Notes under the pieces: model-generated
Databases searched by the model: none
Told to the model about the DNA's origin: nothing
The model's input: only the letters and a program-made list of their open reading frames with translations
Part shown: piece by piece, positions 7,451 to 16,644 of the stretch
Numbering within the stretch: position 1 is the stretch's first letter
How the letters are laid out: every line of letters starts with the position of its first letter
Translations under genes and position numbers: made by a program
Assembly: GCA_019118245.1 (NCBI GenBank)
Contig: DWZJ01000085.1
Span: forward strand, 2,822 to 66,821
DNA: 64,000 nt
DNA from: Candidatus Oscillibacter excrementigallinarum
Lineage (GTDB): Bacteria; Bacillota; Clostridia; Oscillospirales; Oscillospiraceae
Direction of reading: 5' to 3'

Positions 7451-7885
7451 TCAAGTGTCCGCGCCGCAGAGGAGCCGCAGAGCGTCCAGATATCCCGGCA
7501 GTCCCCGGCCCTTGATGGTGGCGGTGCAGGCCGCCCGGATGTAGGAGACGTGACGGAAGTCCTCCCGGCTGTCCGGGTCCGACACGTGGACCTCCACCGT
7601 GGGGATGCCCACGGCCTTCACGGCGTCCAGCAGGGCCACGCTGGTGTGGGTGTAGGCCGCCGGGTTGATGATGATGCCGTCCACATGGTCAAAGTAGGCC
7701 TGCTGGATGGCATCCACCAGGGCCCCCTCGTGGTTGGACTGGAAGAAGGAGACGGTCACCCCCAGACGGTCCGCCTCCGTCTGGATCATGGATTTCAGAT
7801 CCTCATAGGTGGCCTTGCCGTAGATCTCCGGCTGGCGGATGCCCAGCATGTTCATGTTGGGGCCGTTAATCACCAGAATGTGCAC
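7451..7885 (-). CDS. aroQ: type II 3-dehydroquinate dehydratase
   Basis: LVINGPNMNMLGIRQPEIYG, QSNHEG, INPAAYTHTS, EVHVS. Confidence 0.95.
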   Translation of the reverse strand: MHILVINGPNMNMLGIRQPEIYGKATYEDLKSMIQTEADRLGVTVSFFQSNHEGALVDAIQQAYFDHVDGIIINPAAYTHTSVALLDAVKAVGIPTVEVHVSDPDSREDFRHVSYIRAACTATIKGRGLPGYLDALRLLCGADT

Positions 7886-9110
7886 AAAAATCCCTCCAGA
7901 TGGCGGCGGCAGTGTCCTCCACCGTGCCGTTGTTGTCGATCACCGCGTCCCGGAACCGGGCATACAGAGGGGCCCGCTCCCGCCACATGGCATCAAGGTC
8001 CGCCCCCTGGGACAGGGGCCGCCCCTCGGTGGGCAGCAGGGAGAGGTCCCGCACCAGCTGATAGATGCGGCCGTTCTGATGCAGGGCGCCGTAGTTGGCC
8101 GCCGTTTTGACGATGCCGCCGCCAGTGAGGAGAATCACGCCGGTGCGCTTCCCGGCCTCCTCCGCTGCCGCGGCCTCCCGCGCCCGGAAGCCGGCCTCGC
8201 CCTCTTGGGCGAAGATCTCCGGGATGGAGCAGCCGGCATCGGCCGCGATCATCTGATCCAGATCCACGGCTTCCCGGCCGGTGAGACGGGCCAGAGCCTC
8301 CCCTACCGTGGTTTTGCCGCTGCCGGGCATCCCGATCAGGACGATGTTGGTCATCTCCCGCCGCAGCTGGGCCAGGATGCGCTCGTTCTCGCTGGCGGGA
8401 ATCGCCTTGTCAAAGAACCGCTCCTCCGCCACCACCGCCTGGGCCACCAGCATGGGCAGCCCGTCGGAGCAGGGGATGCCCAGCGCTGACCCCTGGAGCA
8501 GCAGCGCCGTGCGGCGGGGGTTGTAGACCACATCCAGCACTCCCTCCAGGGCCGGGAAGGCCGTCAGGTCCACGGGGGAAGCCCCGTTGCCCGGGTACAT
8601 CCCCACCGGGGTGGCGTTCACCAGCACCTGGGCGTCCGCGTGGCGGGAGAGGTTCTCGTAGTTGTCCGGGCCGGAGCGGGAGATGACGATGATCTCCGCC
8701 GCCCCCTCCTGCCGGGCGGCGGCCTGGGCCGTCAGGGACGCCCCGCCGCTGCCCAGGATGACCACCTTCTTCCCGGCCAGGGAGATGCCCGCCCGGCGGG
8801 CCATGTAGCGGAAGCCGTCGATGTCCGTGTTGTAGCCCACCAGCCTGCCGTCCGGCTGCCGGACGATGGTGTTGACGCTGCCGATGGATTCCGCCGCCGG
8901 GTCGATGGCATCGCACAGGGGCATCACGTCCCGCTTGTAGGGGATGGTGACGTTCAGCCCGCCGATGTCCTCCCGGCGGAGGAAGGGGGCCAGCTGGTCC
9001 GGCTCCAGCTCGATGAGGCGGTATGCGCCGTTGCCCAGGGCGGCGTGGATGGGCACGGACCAGCTGTGGCCCAGCTTCCGGCCCAGCAGGCCGTATACGC
9101 GTTCTCCCAT
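7866..9110 (-). CDS. aroE: shikimate dehydrogenase fused to shikimate kinase
   Basis: N-terminal HSWS, NVTIPYK, GSVNT, YNTD, GSGGA; C-terminal kinase IVLIGMPGSGKTTVG, TGGG, RPL. Confidence 0.9.
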   Translation of the reverse strand: MGERVYGLLGRKLGHSWSVPIHAALGNGAYRLIELEPDQLAPFLRREDIGGLNVTIPYKRDVMPLCDAIDPAAESIGSVNTIVRQPDGRLVGYNTDIDGFRYMARRAGISLAGKKVVILGSGGASLTAQAAARQEGAAEIIVISRSGPDNYENLSRHADAQVLVNATPVGMYPGNGASPVDLTAFPALEGVLDVVYNPRRTALLLQGSALGIPCSDGLPMLVAQAVVAEERFFDKAIPASENERILAQLRREMTNIVLIGMPGSGKTTVGEALARLTGREAVDLDQMIAADAGCSIPEIFAQEGEAGFRAREAAAAEEAGKRTGVILLTGGGIVKTAANYGALHQNGRIYQLVRDLSLLPTEGRPLSQGADLDAMWRERAPLYARFRDAVIDNNGTVEDTAAAIWRDFCAHSGD

Positions 9111-9113
9111 GGG

Positions 9114-10250
9114 TCAGATCTCGGCGTAGTTGCCCAGGAAGTGGAAGCCCTCGCAGCTGCGCTCCAGCTCCTCCAGCATGGGCAGCACGCCGGGGGCCTG
9201 GACGGAGGCCTCCAGCTCCAGGAAGAAGATGAACTCGAAGTTCCGGCCGGTGACGGGGCAGGACTCCAGCTTGGTCATGTTGATGCCCAGGGCCGCCAGC
9301 TTGGAAAGGATCTCATACAGGGCGCCGGGCTTGTTGTCGCAGGCGATGATCAGGCTGATGCGGTTGGCGCCGGCGTAGATGACGGGGTCCTTGGTGACGC
9401 AGATGAAGCGGGTGTAGTTGTTGTCGCTGTCCTGGATCTCGTCGCTGACGGTCTCCAGCCCGTACAGGGCGGCGCAGGGGTGGGAGGAGATGGCGGCCGC
9501 ATGGCGGTCGCCCCGCTCCGCCACCATCTTGGCGGCCATGGCGGTGTTGTCGCAGGGAATGACCCGGACGCCGTTGAGGCCGTTCAGGAACTTGCTGCAC
9601 TGGCCGATGGCCTGCTCGTGGGAGTAGATCTCCGTGATGTCCTCCATCTTCACGCCGGGCAGGGCCAGCAGCTCGTGGCGGATGCACAGCCGGGTGGAGC
9701 GGACGATGGACAGGTTGTGGTCCTGGAGCAGCTCATACACCGCCCGGACGGAGCCGTTGGAGCTGTTCTCGATGGGCAGCACGCCGAACTTGCACAGGCC
9801 AGACTCCACGGCGGACACCACCGCCTGGAAGGTCTTGACATAGACGATGTTGCCACGGGGCAGCAGCCGGTCGCAGGCCACCTGGGAGTTGGCGCCCTCC
9901 ACGCCCTGGCAGGCCACCAGGCCCGTCTGGGGGAACACCTCGTTCATGTCCGCCAGGGCGGCCTTGATCTGGGCGCCTACACGGGTGGGGGCGGAGATCA
10001 GCTCCGCCTGCCGGGACCGGGCCAGCTCGAACAGGGTGGAGAACAGGTGATAGGCAAAACGCTCCTTTTCCCCGGACTTCTCGGTGACCTTGGCCAGGAT
10101 GGCCCGCTCCCGCTCCTTGTTCAGGATGGGGAGATGATGCTCGTTCTTATAGGCGGCCACCTCCTCGGACAGGTCCATGCGCTGCAGGAACAGGTCCAGC
10201 AGCTGGTCGTCCACTGCGTCGATCTTCTCGCGGATCTCAGAAAGTTCCAT
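9114..10250 (-). CDS. pheA: chorismate mutase / prephenate dehydratase (P-protein) with ACT domain
   Basis: IREKIDAVDDQL CM domain; QGVEGANS, PIENS, SHEQAIGQC, NYTRF, ESCP. Confidence 0.94.
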   Translation of the reverse strand: MELSEIREKIDAVDDQLLDLFLQRMDLSEEVAAYKNEHHLPILNKERERAILAKVTEKSGEKERFAYHLFSTLFELARSRQAELISAPTRVGAQIKAALADMNEVFPQTGLVACQGVEGANSQVACDRLLPRGNIVYVKTFQAVVSAVESGLCKFGVLPIENSSNGSVRAVYELLQDHNLSIVRSTRLCIRHELLALPGVKMEDITEIYSHEQAIGQCSKFLNGLNGVRVIPCDNTAMAAKMVAERGDRHAAAISSHPCAALYGLETVSDEIQDSDNNYTRFICVTKDPVIYAGANRISLIIACDNKPGALYEILSKLAALGINMTKLESCPVTGRNFEFIFFLELEASVQAPGVLPMLEELERSCEGFHFLGNYAEI

Positions 10251-11328
10251 GATTTCCCTCCAATAATAAGTCTAGCAAAACGGCGGCGGTGACCGCCTCC
10301 ACCACCGGGACGGCCCGGTGGGCGATGCAGGGGTCGTGCCGGCCGTGGATCACAAGCTCGGTGCCCGCTCCGGCGGACAGGCTGACGGTCCGCTGGGGCC
10401 GGGCGATGGACGGCGTGGGCTTCATAGCCGTCCGCAGGACGATGGGCATCCCGCTGGTGATGCCCCCCAGGATGCCGCCGGCGTGGTTGGTCTCCGCCGC
10501 CACCCGGCCGCCCTCCATGATAAAGGGGTCGTTGTTCTCGGAGCCATGGGCCCGGGCGGCGGCGAAGCCGTCCCCGAACTCCACGCCCTTCACGGCGGGG
10601 ATGCCGAAGAGGGCCGATGCCAGCCGGTTTTCCACCCCGCCGAACATGGGATCCCCCAGACCGGCGGGCATTCCCGTGGCCGCGCACTCGATGACGCCGC
10701 CCACGGAGTCCTGCGCCTGGCGGGCCTCCAGGATCAGCGATTGCATCCGCTCCCCGGCCTGGTCGTCCAGCACCGGGAAGGGCTTGGCGGCAACGGCTTC
10801 AAACAGCTCCCTCGTGGGACGCAGGGGGAAGGGGGTATCCCGCTCCGTGCCCACGGACCAGAGGTGGGCCCCCACGTACACGCCCCGGCGGGCCAAAATC
10901 TGCCTGGCGATGCCGCCGGCGATGCACAGCGGCGCCGTCAGCCGGCCGGAGAAGTGGCCGCCGCCCCGCATGTCCGCTTGACCGCCCCACTTGACGAAGG
11001 CGGTGTAGTCCGCGTGACCGGGCCGGGGCTTGTCCCGGAGTTCCGTATAATCCGAAGAGTGCTGGTCGCTGTTTTCGATGACGGCGCACAGCGGCGCGCC
11101 GCAGGTGACGCCGTTCTCCAGGCCGGAGAGGAATACCGGCGCGTCGGACTCCTTCCGGGCGGTGGAGAGGGGGCTCTTTCCCGGCTTCCGCCGGGCCAGA
11201 AAGGCGTTCAGCTCCTCCAGGTCGATGGCCTCCCCGGCGGGGAGACCGTCCACCACCACGCCGATGGCCTTTCCGTGGGACTGGCCGAAGACGGAGATCT
11301 TCAGCAGATTGCCGAATTCAGAGGACAT
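10237..11328 (-). CDS. aroC: chorismate synthase
   Basis: GQSHG, PRPGHAD, GGGHFSGRLT, NHAGGILGGIT, KPTPS, GRHDPC; ATG 11328 behind GGAGG. Confidence 0.95.
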   Translation of the reverse strand: MSSEFGNLLKISVFGQSHGKAIGVVVDGLPAGEAIDLEELNAFLARRKPGKSPLSTARKESDAPVFLSGLENGVTCGAPLCAVIENSDQHSSDYTELRDKPRPGHADYTAFVKWGGQADMRGGGHFSGRLTAPLCIAGGIARQILARRGVYVGAHLWSVGTERDTPFPLRPTRELFEAVAAKPFPVLDDQAGERMQSLILEARQAQDSVGGVIECAATGMPAGLGDPMFGGVENRLASALFGIPAVKGVEFGDGFAAARAHGSENNDPFIMEGGRVAAETNHAGGILGGITSGMPIVLRTAMKPTPSIARPQRTVSLSAGAGTELVIHGRHDPCIAHRAVPVVEAVTAAVLLDLLLEGNHGTF

Positions 11329-12562
11329 GGATGTCACCTCCCAGGGATCGATAGACCTCCCAAAAGTCCGGGTAGGATTTTTGCACGCACTCCGCGCCCC
11401 GGATGGTCACGGGGCCGGTGCAGGCGGTGGCGGCGATGGCCGCCGCCATGGCGATCCGGTGGTCGTTGGCGCTGTCCACCGTGCCGCCGGTGAGAGGGCC
11501 GCCGTGGACCGTCAGAAAGTCCGGCCCCTCCTCCGCCCGGCCGCCCAGGGCGGCCAGCGCCGCGGCGGTGGTAGAGAGCCGGTCGCTCTCCTTCATCCGC
11601 AGCCGGGCGGCGTTCGTGAAGCAAGTGGTGCCGGAGCGCACCGCCGCCATCACCGCCAGGGGCGGCAGCAGATCCGGGCAGCCGGAGACGTCGATCTCCG
11701 CATCTCCCGGCCGGGCCAGCTTCCAGTAGAGCTCGCTGACCACCTTGTCCCCCTGGGCGGAGTCCGGGTCCAGGCCCCGGGTCTCCACCTGGCTGTCCAG
11801 GAAATCAGCGGCGTACCAGAACCCCGCCTGGGACCAGTCCGCCTCCACCGTGGCCGTAAAGGGCTGGTAGGCCTGGCCGCCGGGGACACAGAGGGTGTTT
11901 TCGTCTGCCCACCGGGTGGTGACGCCGGCGGCGGCCAGTGCCTGCCGGGTCATCTCCAGGTAGTCCCGGCTCTCCAGAGGCGTGGTGGATACCAGAATGG
12001 AGTCCCCGTTCAGCAGGGGGAGGACAAACAGCAGTCCGGTGAAGAACTGGCTGGACACGTTGCCGGGCAGGCGGTACGCGCCGGAGTCCAGAGCCAGGGC
12101 ATCGTACCCCCGGCCGCCGTTCACGGTGAGGACGTTGTCCTCCAGCTTCCAGGCGACGCCCTTCTCCCGGAACAGGTCCTCATAGGGTTTCAGCGGGCGC
12201 TCCATCAGCCGGCCGCGGCCGGTGAAGGACGCCTCCCCCTGCACCAGCAGGGCCACGGGGATGAGGAACCGCAGGGTGGAGCCCGATTCCCCGCAGTCCA
12301 GCAGGGCGTAGGGGGGCGCCATGACGATGCCGTGCCCCAGGCCGTGGACCCGGAGGGCGCCGTCCGGCAGGTCCTCTATCCCGGCCCCCAGGGCGGACAG
12401 GCACCGGCGGGTGGCCTGGATGTCCTGGGACTCCGCCAGGCCGTGGAGGACGCTGACCCCGCCGCTGAGGGCGGCGGCGATCAGCAGCCGGTGGGCCTGG
12501 GACTTGCTGGGGGGCGGCGTCACGGCGCCGGAGAGTTTTTTCGGGATGATCTGAAGGTCCAT
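11318..12562 (-). CDS. aroA: EPSP synthase
   Basis: PSKS, DCGESGSTLRF, VSSQF, RMKESDRL, NDHRIAM. Confidence 0.95.
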   Translation of the reverse strand: MDLQIIPKKLSGAVTPPPSKSQAHRLLIAAALSGGVSVLHGLAESQDIQATRRCLSALGAGIEDLPDGALRVHGLGHGIVMAPPYALLDCGESGSTLRFLIPVALLVQGEASFTGRGRLMERPLKPYEDLFREKGVAWKLEDNVLTVNGGRGYDALALDSGAYRLPGNVSSQFFTGLLFVLPLLNGDSILVSTTPLESRDYLEMTRQALAAAGVTTRWADENTLCVPGGQAYQPFTATVEADWSQAGFWYAADFLDSQVETRGLDPDSAQGDKVVSELYWKLARPGDAEIDVSGCPDLLPPLAVMAAVRSGTTCFTNAARLRMKESDRLSTTAAALAALGGRAEEGPDFLTVHGGPLTGGTVDSANDHRIAMAAAIAATACTGPVTIRGAECVQKSYPDFWEVYRSLGGDIHVL

Positions 12563-12563
12563 G

Positions 12564-13634
12564 TCACCCCTCCAGTCCTGCCCGGATGATGGGCAGCAGG
12601 TCCGCCACCGGCACCTTCCGCAGCTGGCAGGCGCCGATCCGCCGGGGGATCACCAGGGTGATGTCCCCGCCGGCGCGCTTTTTGTCGGAGAGGGCGGCCT
12701 CCGCCAGGGCTTCGGCGGAGAAGTCCGTGCCCGTGGGCAGGCCGTTTTTGGCGAGACAGGCGGCGATCCGCGCCGCGATGGGTTCCTCCGTCCAGCCCAG
12801 GGTCTCGGCGGACCGGGCGATGACGGCCAGCCCCGCCGCCACGGCGTGGCCGTGGGGGATGGAATAGCCGCTGCACTTCTCGACGGCGTGGCCCACGGTG
12901 TGGCCCAGGTTCAGGAGCTTCCGCTCCCCCTGCTCCTTTTCGTCCCGCTCCACCACGCCGGCCTTGTAGGCCACGCACCGGGCGATGACCTCGCCGGGGT
13001 CGGCGGTGAGGGTGCCATCCTCAAACAGGGCGAAGAGGGACTCGTCGGAGAGGACGCCGGTCTTGATGGCCTCGGCGGCCCCGTCGGCGAACACGTCGGG
13101 CGGCAGCGTTTTCAGGCAGTCCGTGTCGCAGATGACGGCGGCGGGCTGGCAGAAGGCCCCGGCCAGGTTCTTCCCGGCCGTCAGGTCCACGGCGGTCTTG
13201 CCGCCCACGGAGGAGTCCACCGCCGCCAAAAGCGAGGTGGGCAGCTGGACGTACCGGATGCCCCGGAGGTAGACGGCGGCGGCAAAGCCCGCCATGTCCC
13301 CCACCACGCCGCCGCCCAGAGCGGCCACGCAGTCGGTGCGGGTCAGATGCTGCGACGCCAGGAACTCCAGCAGCTCTGCCAGGGTGGCGAGGTCCTTGTG
13401 CCTCTCTCCCGCCGGGAACACATGGGAGCAGACCGCAAAGCCCGCATCCTCCAGGGCGGCGGTGACGGTATCCAGGTACAGGGGGGCCACGGTGTCGTCG
13501 GTCAGGACGGCGACCTTCCGCTGTCCCAGCAGGGCGGCCAGGTAGTCTCCGCACCGGCCCAGCAGGCCGCTGCCGATGAGCACATCGTAGGGCGGCTGGA
13601 CCCGGACGGGAATGGTTCGGATGGAGTCAGACAT
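12564..13634 (-). CDS. aroB: 3-dehydroquinate synthase
   Basis: GGGVVGDMAGF, PTSLLAAVDSSVGGKT, EAIK, LNLGHTVGHA, HGHAV. Confidence 0.95.
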   Translation of the reverse strand: MSDSIRTIPVRVQPPYDVLIGSGLLGRCGDYLAALLGQRKVAVLTDDTVAPLYLDTVTAALEDAGFAVCSHVFPAGERHKDLATLAELLEFLASQHLTRTDCVAALGGGVVGDMAGFAAAVYLRGIRYVQLPTSLLAAVDSSVGGKTAVDLTAGKNLAGAFCQPAAVICDTDCLKTLPPDVFADGAAEAIKTGVLSDESLFALFEDGTLTADPGEVIARCVAYKAGVVERDEKEQGERKLLNLGHTVGHAVEKCSGYSIPHGHAVAAGLAVIARSAETLGWTEEPIAARIAACLAKNGLPTGTDFSAEALAEAALSDKKRAGGDITLVIPRRIGACQLRKVPVADLLPIIRAGLEG

Positions 13635-13684
13635 GGAAAAACTCCTTTATATAATAGTGTCGCGCAGCGGCGGCCGGAAATGGG

Positions 13685-14521
13685 TCAGTTGCCGCCGGCG
13701 GTGGCCTTCAGCTCCCGGCCCTCCTTCAACAGGTCGTGGAGCCGCTGGGCGTCCTTGTCCCGCAGGGCGTTCCGGTAATCCGTCAGGTGGCCGATGAGCT
13801 CGTCCAGCTCCTTGGTCAGGAAGTCCTCGTCGTCCAGGAACAGCTCCGTCCACATGTCCTCGTCCAGCCGGGCCACCCGGGTCATGTCCTGGAAGCTGCC
13901 GGCGGAGAAGCCCCGGCGCTTCTGGGCCTCCGGCGACTTCACGTAGGCGCTGGACACGATGTGGGCCAGCTGGGAGGTGAAGGCGATGATGCGGTCGTGC
14001 TCCTCCGGGGTGGAGAAGGTGAGGCCCGCGAAGCCCAGGTCCAGGAAGAAGGCCTTCAGCGTCTCCAGCAGGTGCATATCCGTCCGCTTGTCCGGGGTCA
14101 GGATCATGGAGGCGCCCACATACAGGTCCTCGGTGGAGGCGGTGAAGCCGCCCCGCTCCCGGCCGGCCATGGGGTGGCCGCCGATGTAGGCGAAGCCGCA
14201 GCGCTCCGCGATGGGCGCGATGGCCGCCACCACGGTCCGCTTCACGCCGCACAGGTCCACCAGGATGGCGGATTTGGCGATGCGGTCCGCGTGCTGCCGG
14301 ACCCATTCGATGGCGGCGCCGGGCCGGATGGCCACCAGGATCAGATCCGCCTGGGGCAGATTCTCCGCCGTCAGCGGGGTGTCGATGGCGCCGCACATCC
14401 GGGCCATGGTCATGGTCTCACTGTTCAGGTCCGCGCCCCAGACGGTGTGGGCGGTGCGGTTCTTGATGCTCTTGGCCATGGACCCGCCGATGAGGCCCAG
14501 GCCGACGATGGCGACGTTCAT
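13685..14521 (-). CDS. tyrA: prephenate dehydrogenase
   Basis: GLGLIGGS Rossmann motif, HPMAG, EEHD...TSQLAH, GSFQDMTR. Confidence 0.94.
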   Translation of the reverse strand: MNVAIVGLGLIGGSMAKSIKNRTAHTVWGADLNSETMTMARMCGAIDTPLTAENLPQADLILVAIRPGAAIEWVRQHADRIAKSAILVDLCGVKRTVVAAIAPIAERCGFAYIGGHPMAGRERGGFTASTEDLYVGASMILTPDKRTDMHLLETLKAFFLDLGFAGLTFSTPEEHDRIIAFTSQLAHIVSSAYVKSPEAQKRRGFSAGSFQDMTRVARLDEDMWTELFLDDEDFLTKELDELIGHLTDYRNALRDKDAQRLHDLLKEGRELKATAGGN

Positions 14522-14524
14522 GGC

Positions 14525-15538
14525 TCACTCCTCCAAGGTCTTCATGAAATCATGGAGCTTCAGCAGCTTCTTTGCCACCTGGTCAAACACCTCCGGCTTC
14601 AGGGACTGGGGGCCGTCGCACAGGGCGTGGGCCGGGTCGTTGTGGACCTCGATCAGCAGTCCGTCCGCGCCGGTGGCCACGGCGCCCATGGCCAGGGGGT
14701 CCACCAGCCAGCTCTTGCCGGTGGCGTGGCTGGGGTCAATGATGATGGGCAGGTGGGTCAGCTTCCGCAGCACCGGGATGCAGGCCAGGTCCAGCGTGTT
14801 GCGGGTGTAGCTCTCGAAGGTGCGGATGCCCCGTTCGCAGAGGATCACGTTCTCGTTGCCGCCGGCCATGACGTATTCGGCGCTCATCAGCCACTCCTCA
14901 TAGGTGGCGGACATGCCGCGCTTGATCATGACAGGCTTGTCCTGATGGCCCACGGCCTTGAGGAGGTCAAAGTTCTGCATGTTCCGGGCGCCGATCTGGA
15001 TCACGTCCACATCCTTGAACAGGGGCAGCTGGCTCAGGTCCATTAGCTCCGTCACGATGGGAAGGCCAGTCTCCTGCCGGGCCACCTTCAGGTACTCCAG
15101 GCCGGTGGCCCCCAGGCCCTGGAAGGAGTAGGGGGAGGTCCGGGGCTTGAAGGCGCCGCCCCGCAGCATGGTGGCGCCGCTGGCCTTCACGGCCTTGGCG
15201 ATGGCCACCACCTGCTCCTCGCTCTCCACGGAGCAGGGGCCCGCCATCAGGGTCAGGCTGCCGCCGCCGATCTGGGTGTTGCCCACCTTCACCACCGTGT
15301 CCTCCGGGTGGAACTTCCGGTTGGCGTTCTTGTAGGGCTCCTGGACCCGCTTCACGTCCTCCACGATGTCCAGGGCGGCGATCAGGTCGATGTCCAGCTG
15401 GCTGGTGTCGCCCACCAGGCCCAGGATCGTGTGGGCCTCGCCGATGCTGGTGTGGATGATGATGCCCTTTTCCTGGAGCCAGGAGATCAGGCTCTCCAGC
15501 TGTTCTCGGTTGGGGTTGGATTTCAGAACGACGATCAT
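14525..15538 (-). CDS. aroF: DAHP synthase type I-beta with N-terminal regulatory domain
   Basis: AGPCSVES, RGGAFKPRTSPYSFQG, QIGARNMQN, ERGIRTF, DPSH. Confidence 0.95.
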   Translation of the reverse strand: MIVVLKSNPNREQLESLISWLQEKGIIIHTSIGEAHTILGLVGDTSQLDIDLIAALDIVEDVKRVQEPYKNANRKFHPEDTVVKVGNTQIGGGSLTLMAGPCSVESEEQVVAIAKAVKASGATMLRGGAFKPRTSPYSFQGLGATGLEYLKVARQETGLPIVTELMDLSQLPLFKDVDVIQIGARNMQNFDLLKAVGHQDKPVMIKRGMSATYEEWLMSAEYVMAGGNENVILCERGIRTFESYTRNTLDLACIPVLRKLTHLPIIIDPSHATGKSWLVDPLAMGAVATGADGLLIEVHNDPAHALCDGPQSLKPEVFDQVAKKLLKLHDFMKTLEE

Positions 15539-15572
15539 ATGGGATTCCTCCTAAAATAAGTTCGACTGGTAC

Positions 15573-15605
15573 AAAAAAGACCCGCAGCCGGTTCGGCTGC
15601 GGGTC
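15573..15605 (-). terminator. attenuator terminator of the aro operon leader
   Basis: Minus strand GACCCGCAGCCG-AAC-CGGCTGCGGGTC-TTTTTT (12-bp stem plus U6), between the leader peptide stop and aroF. Confidence 0.9.
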
Positions 15606-15633
15606 GTCATGCACTGATAGCCTTCTAAGGGTG

Positions 15634-15738
15634 TCAGACACGATCACGCACGTTTTCAGCCAAACCGAAATAAGCCTTACCATAAAAGTAGGTAAAGCTA
15701 AAGTAACGGTATTCGGCAGAACGGGCGATGTTGGTCAT
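15634..15738 (-). CDS. Tyr/Phe-rich leader peptide MTNIARSAEYRYFSFTYFYGKAYFGLAENVRDRV (34 aa)
   Basis: Hand-translated, not in ORF track; GGAAAGGAA SD upstream of ATG 15738; 5 Tyr + 4 Phe within codons 10-24; TGA at 15634-15636. Confidence 0.88.
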   Translation of the reverse strand: MTNIARSAEYRYFSFTYFYGKAYFGLAENVRDRV

Positions 15739-15772
15739 GACTGGGTTCCTTTCCGAGTCCTTTGATAGATTC

Positions 15773-15781
15773 AGGATAGCA
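15773..15781 (-). promoter_or_regulatory. possible extended -10 promoter for the aro leader
   Basis: TGcTATCCT on minus strand about 35 nt upstream of the leader ATG; -35 weak. Confidence 0.4.
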
Positions 15782-15867
15782 CCAGAAAACGCAAAAGGAA
15801 ATTGGCAATGCTTCCAAAGAATCGCGCGGCGCGGGAATGCGCGCTGTGCGCTTTTCCCAAACGGAGC

Positions 15868-16446
15868 TTACGCGGCCGCGGGTGCCGCCGGGAGGGCGCC
15901 GTCCTCCGCCGGCAGGCAGCCGGCCATCAGGATGGAGGTGGCCTTCAGGATGAACTGCACGTCCTTGCGCATATCCGCCACGCCGGCCATGTACTGCCGG
16001 TGCAGCTCCTGCAGAGCGCCCGCCACGTCCTGGCGGAACTTTTCCCGCCGCAGGGCCCGGGTGGTCAGATATTCCTCCAGATAGGCCCGGAGGTCCGTCT
16101 CATACTGGTGGTGGCAGAGCATGCTGTCGGGATAATTCTCGTTGTGGGGGTAGGTGAAGGCATCTGCCAGATAGTGGGTCAGCTTGCCCAGGGTGTAATA
16201 CTGCCAGATGGTCCACCGGTCCCGGCGCTGGAGCCGGGAGATGCGGGAGTAGATGTAGCACTGGGAGTTGGAGTAGTTATGCCCCCGGAGCTTATAGGCC
16301 CGGAGAGAGCCCTTCAAATAGGTGAGGGGGTTGCAGTCCGGCTGAAAGGAGCCGAACAGGAAAGCGAGCTCGAATCGTCTGGCCCGGAACCCCTGGACAT
16401 TTTCCAGCAGGGTCGAGGCCAGCAGCTTGTGACTGCGTTTCTGCAA
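15868..16446 (-). CDS. zinc-dependent phospholipase C family protein
   Basis: N-terminal SH, GSFQPD, HNY, GKLTHYLADAFTYPHN, HHQYE Zn-ligand pattern; TTG start behind GGAGGT. Confidence 0.75.
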   Translation of the reverse strand: MQKRSHKLLASTLLENVQGFRARRFELAFLFGSFQPDCNPLTYLKGSLRAYKLRGHNYSNSQCYIYSRISRLQRRDRWTIWQYYTLGKLTHYLADAFTYPHNENYPDSMLCHHQYETDLRAYLEEYLTTRALRREKFRQDVAGALQELHRQYMAGVADMRKDVQFILKATSILMAGCLPAEDGALPAAPAAA

Positions 16447-16644
16447 AATGCACCTCCATGGGAAAAATTCAAGAGCAACGCAAGTATAACACGGCCTTTA
16501 CGTCGGAAGCAAGCAAAATCATTTGAAATTTGTGTTAACAAACTTTGCAAAAAAGAGGATTGTGCCGCAGCGGGTTCTGCGGTAAAATAAGTGGGAACTG
16601 ACGATAAACGCGCCGCCCCGCCGGGTGCGGCAAAGGAGGATACC

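Noticed and set aside
15540-15800. T-box riboswitch upstream of aroF
   Set aside because: No GGTGG.ACC(G)CG T-box sequence or stem I motifs; the leader-peptide model explains the region.
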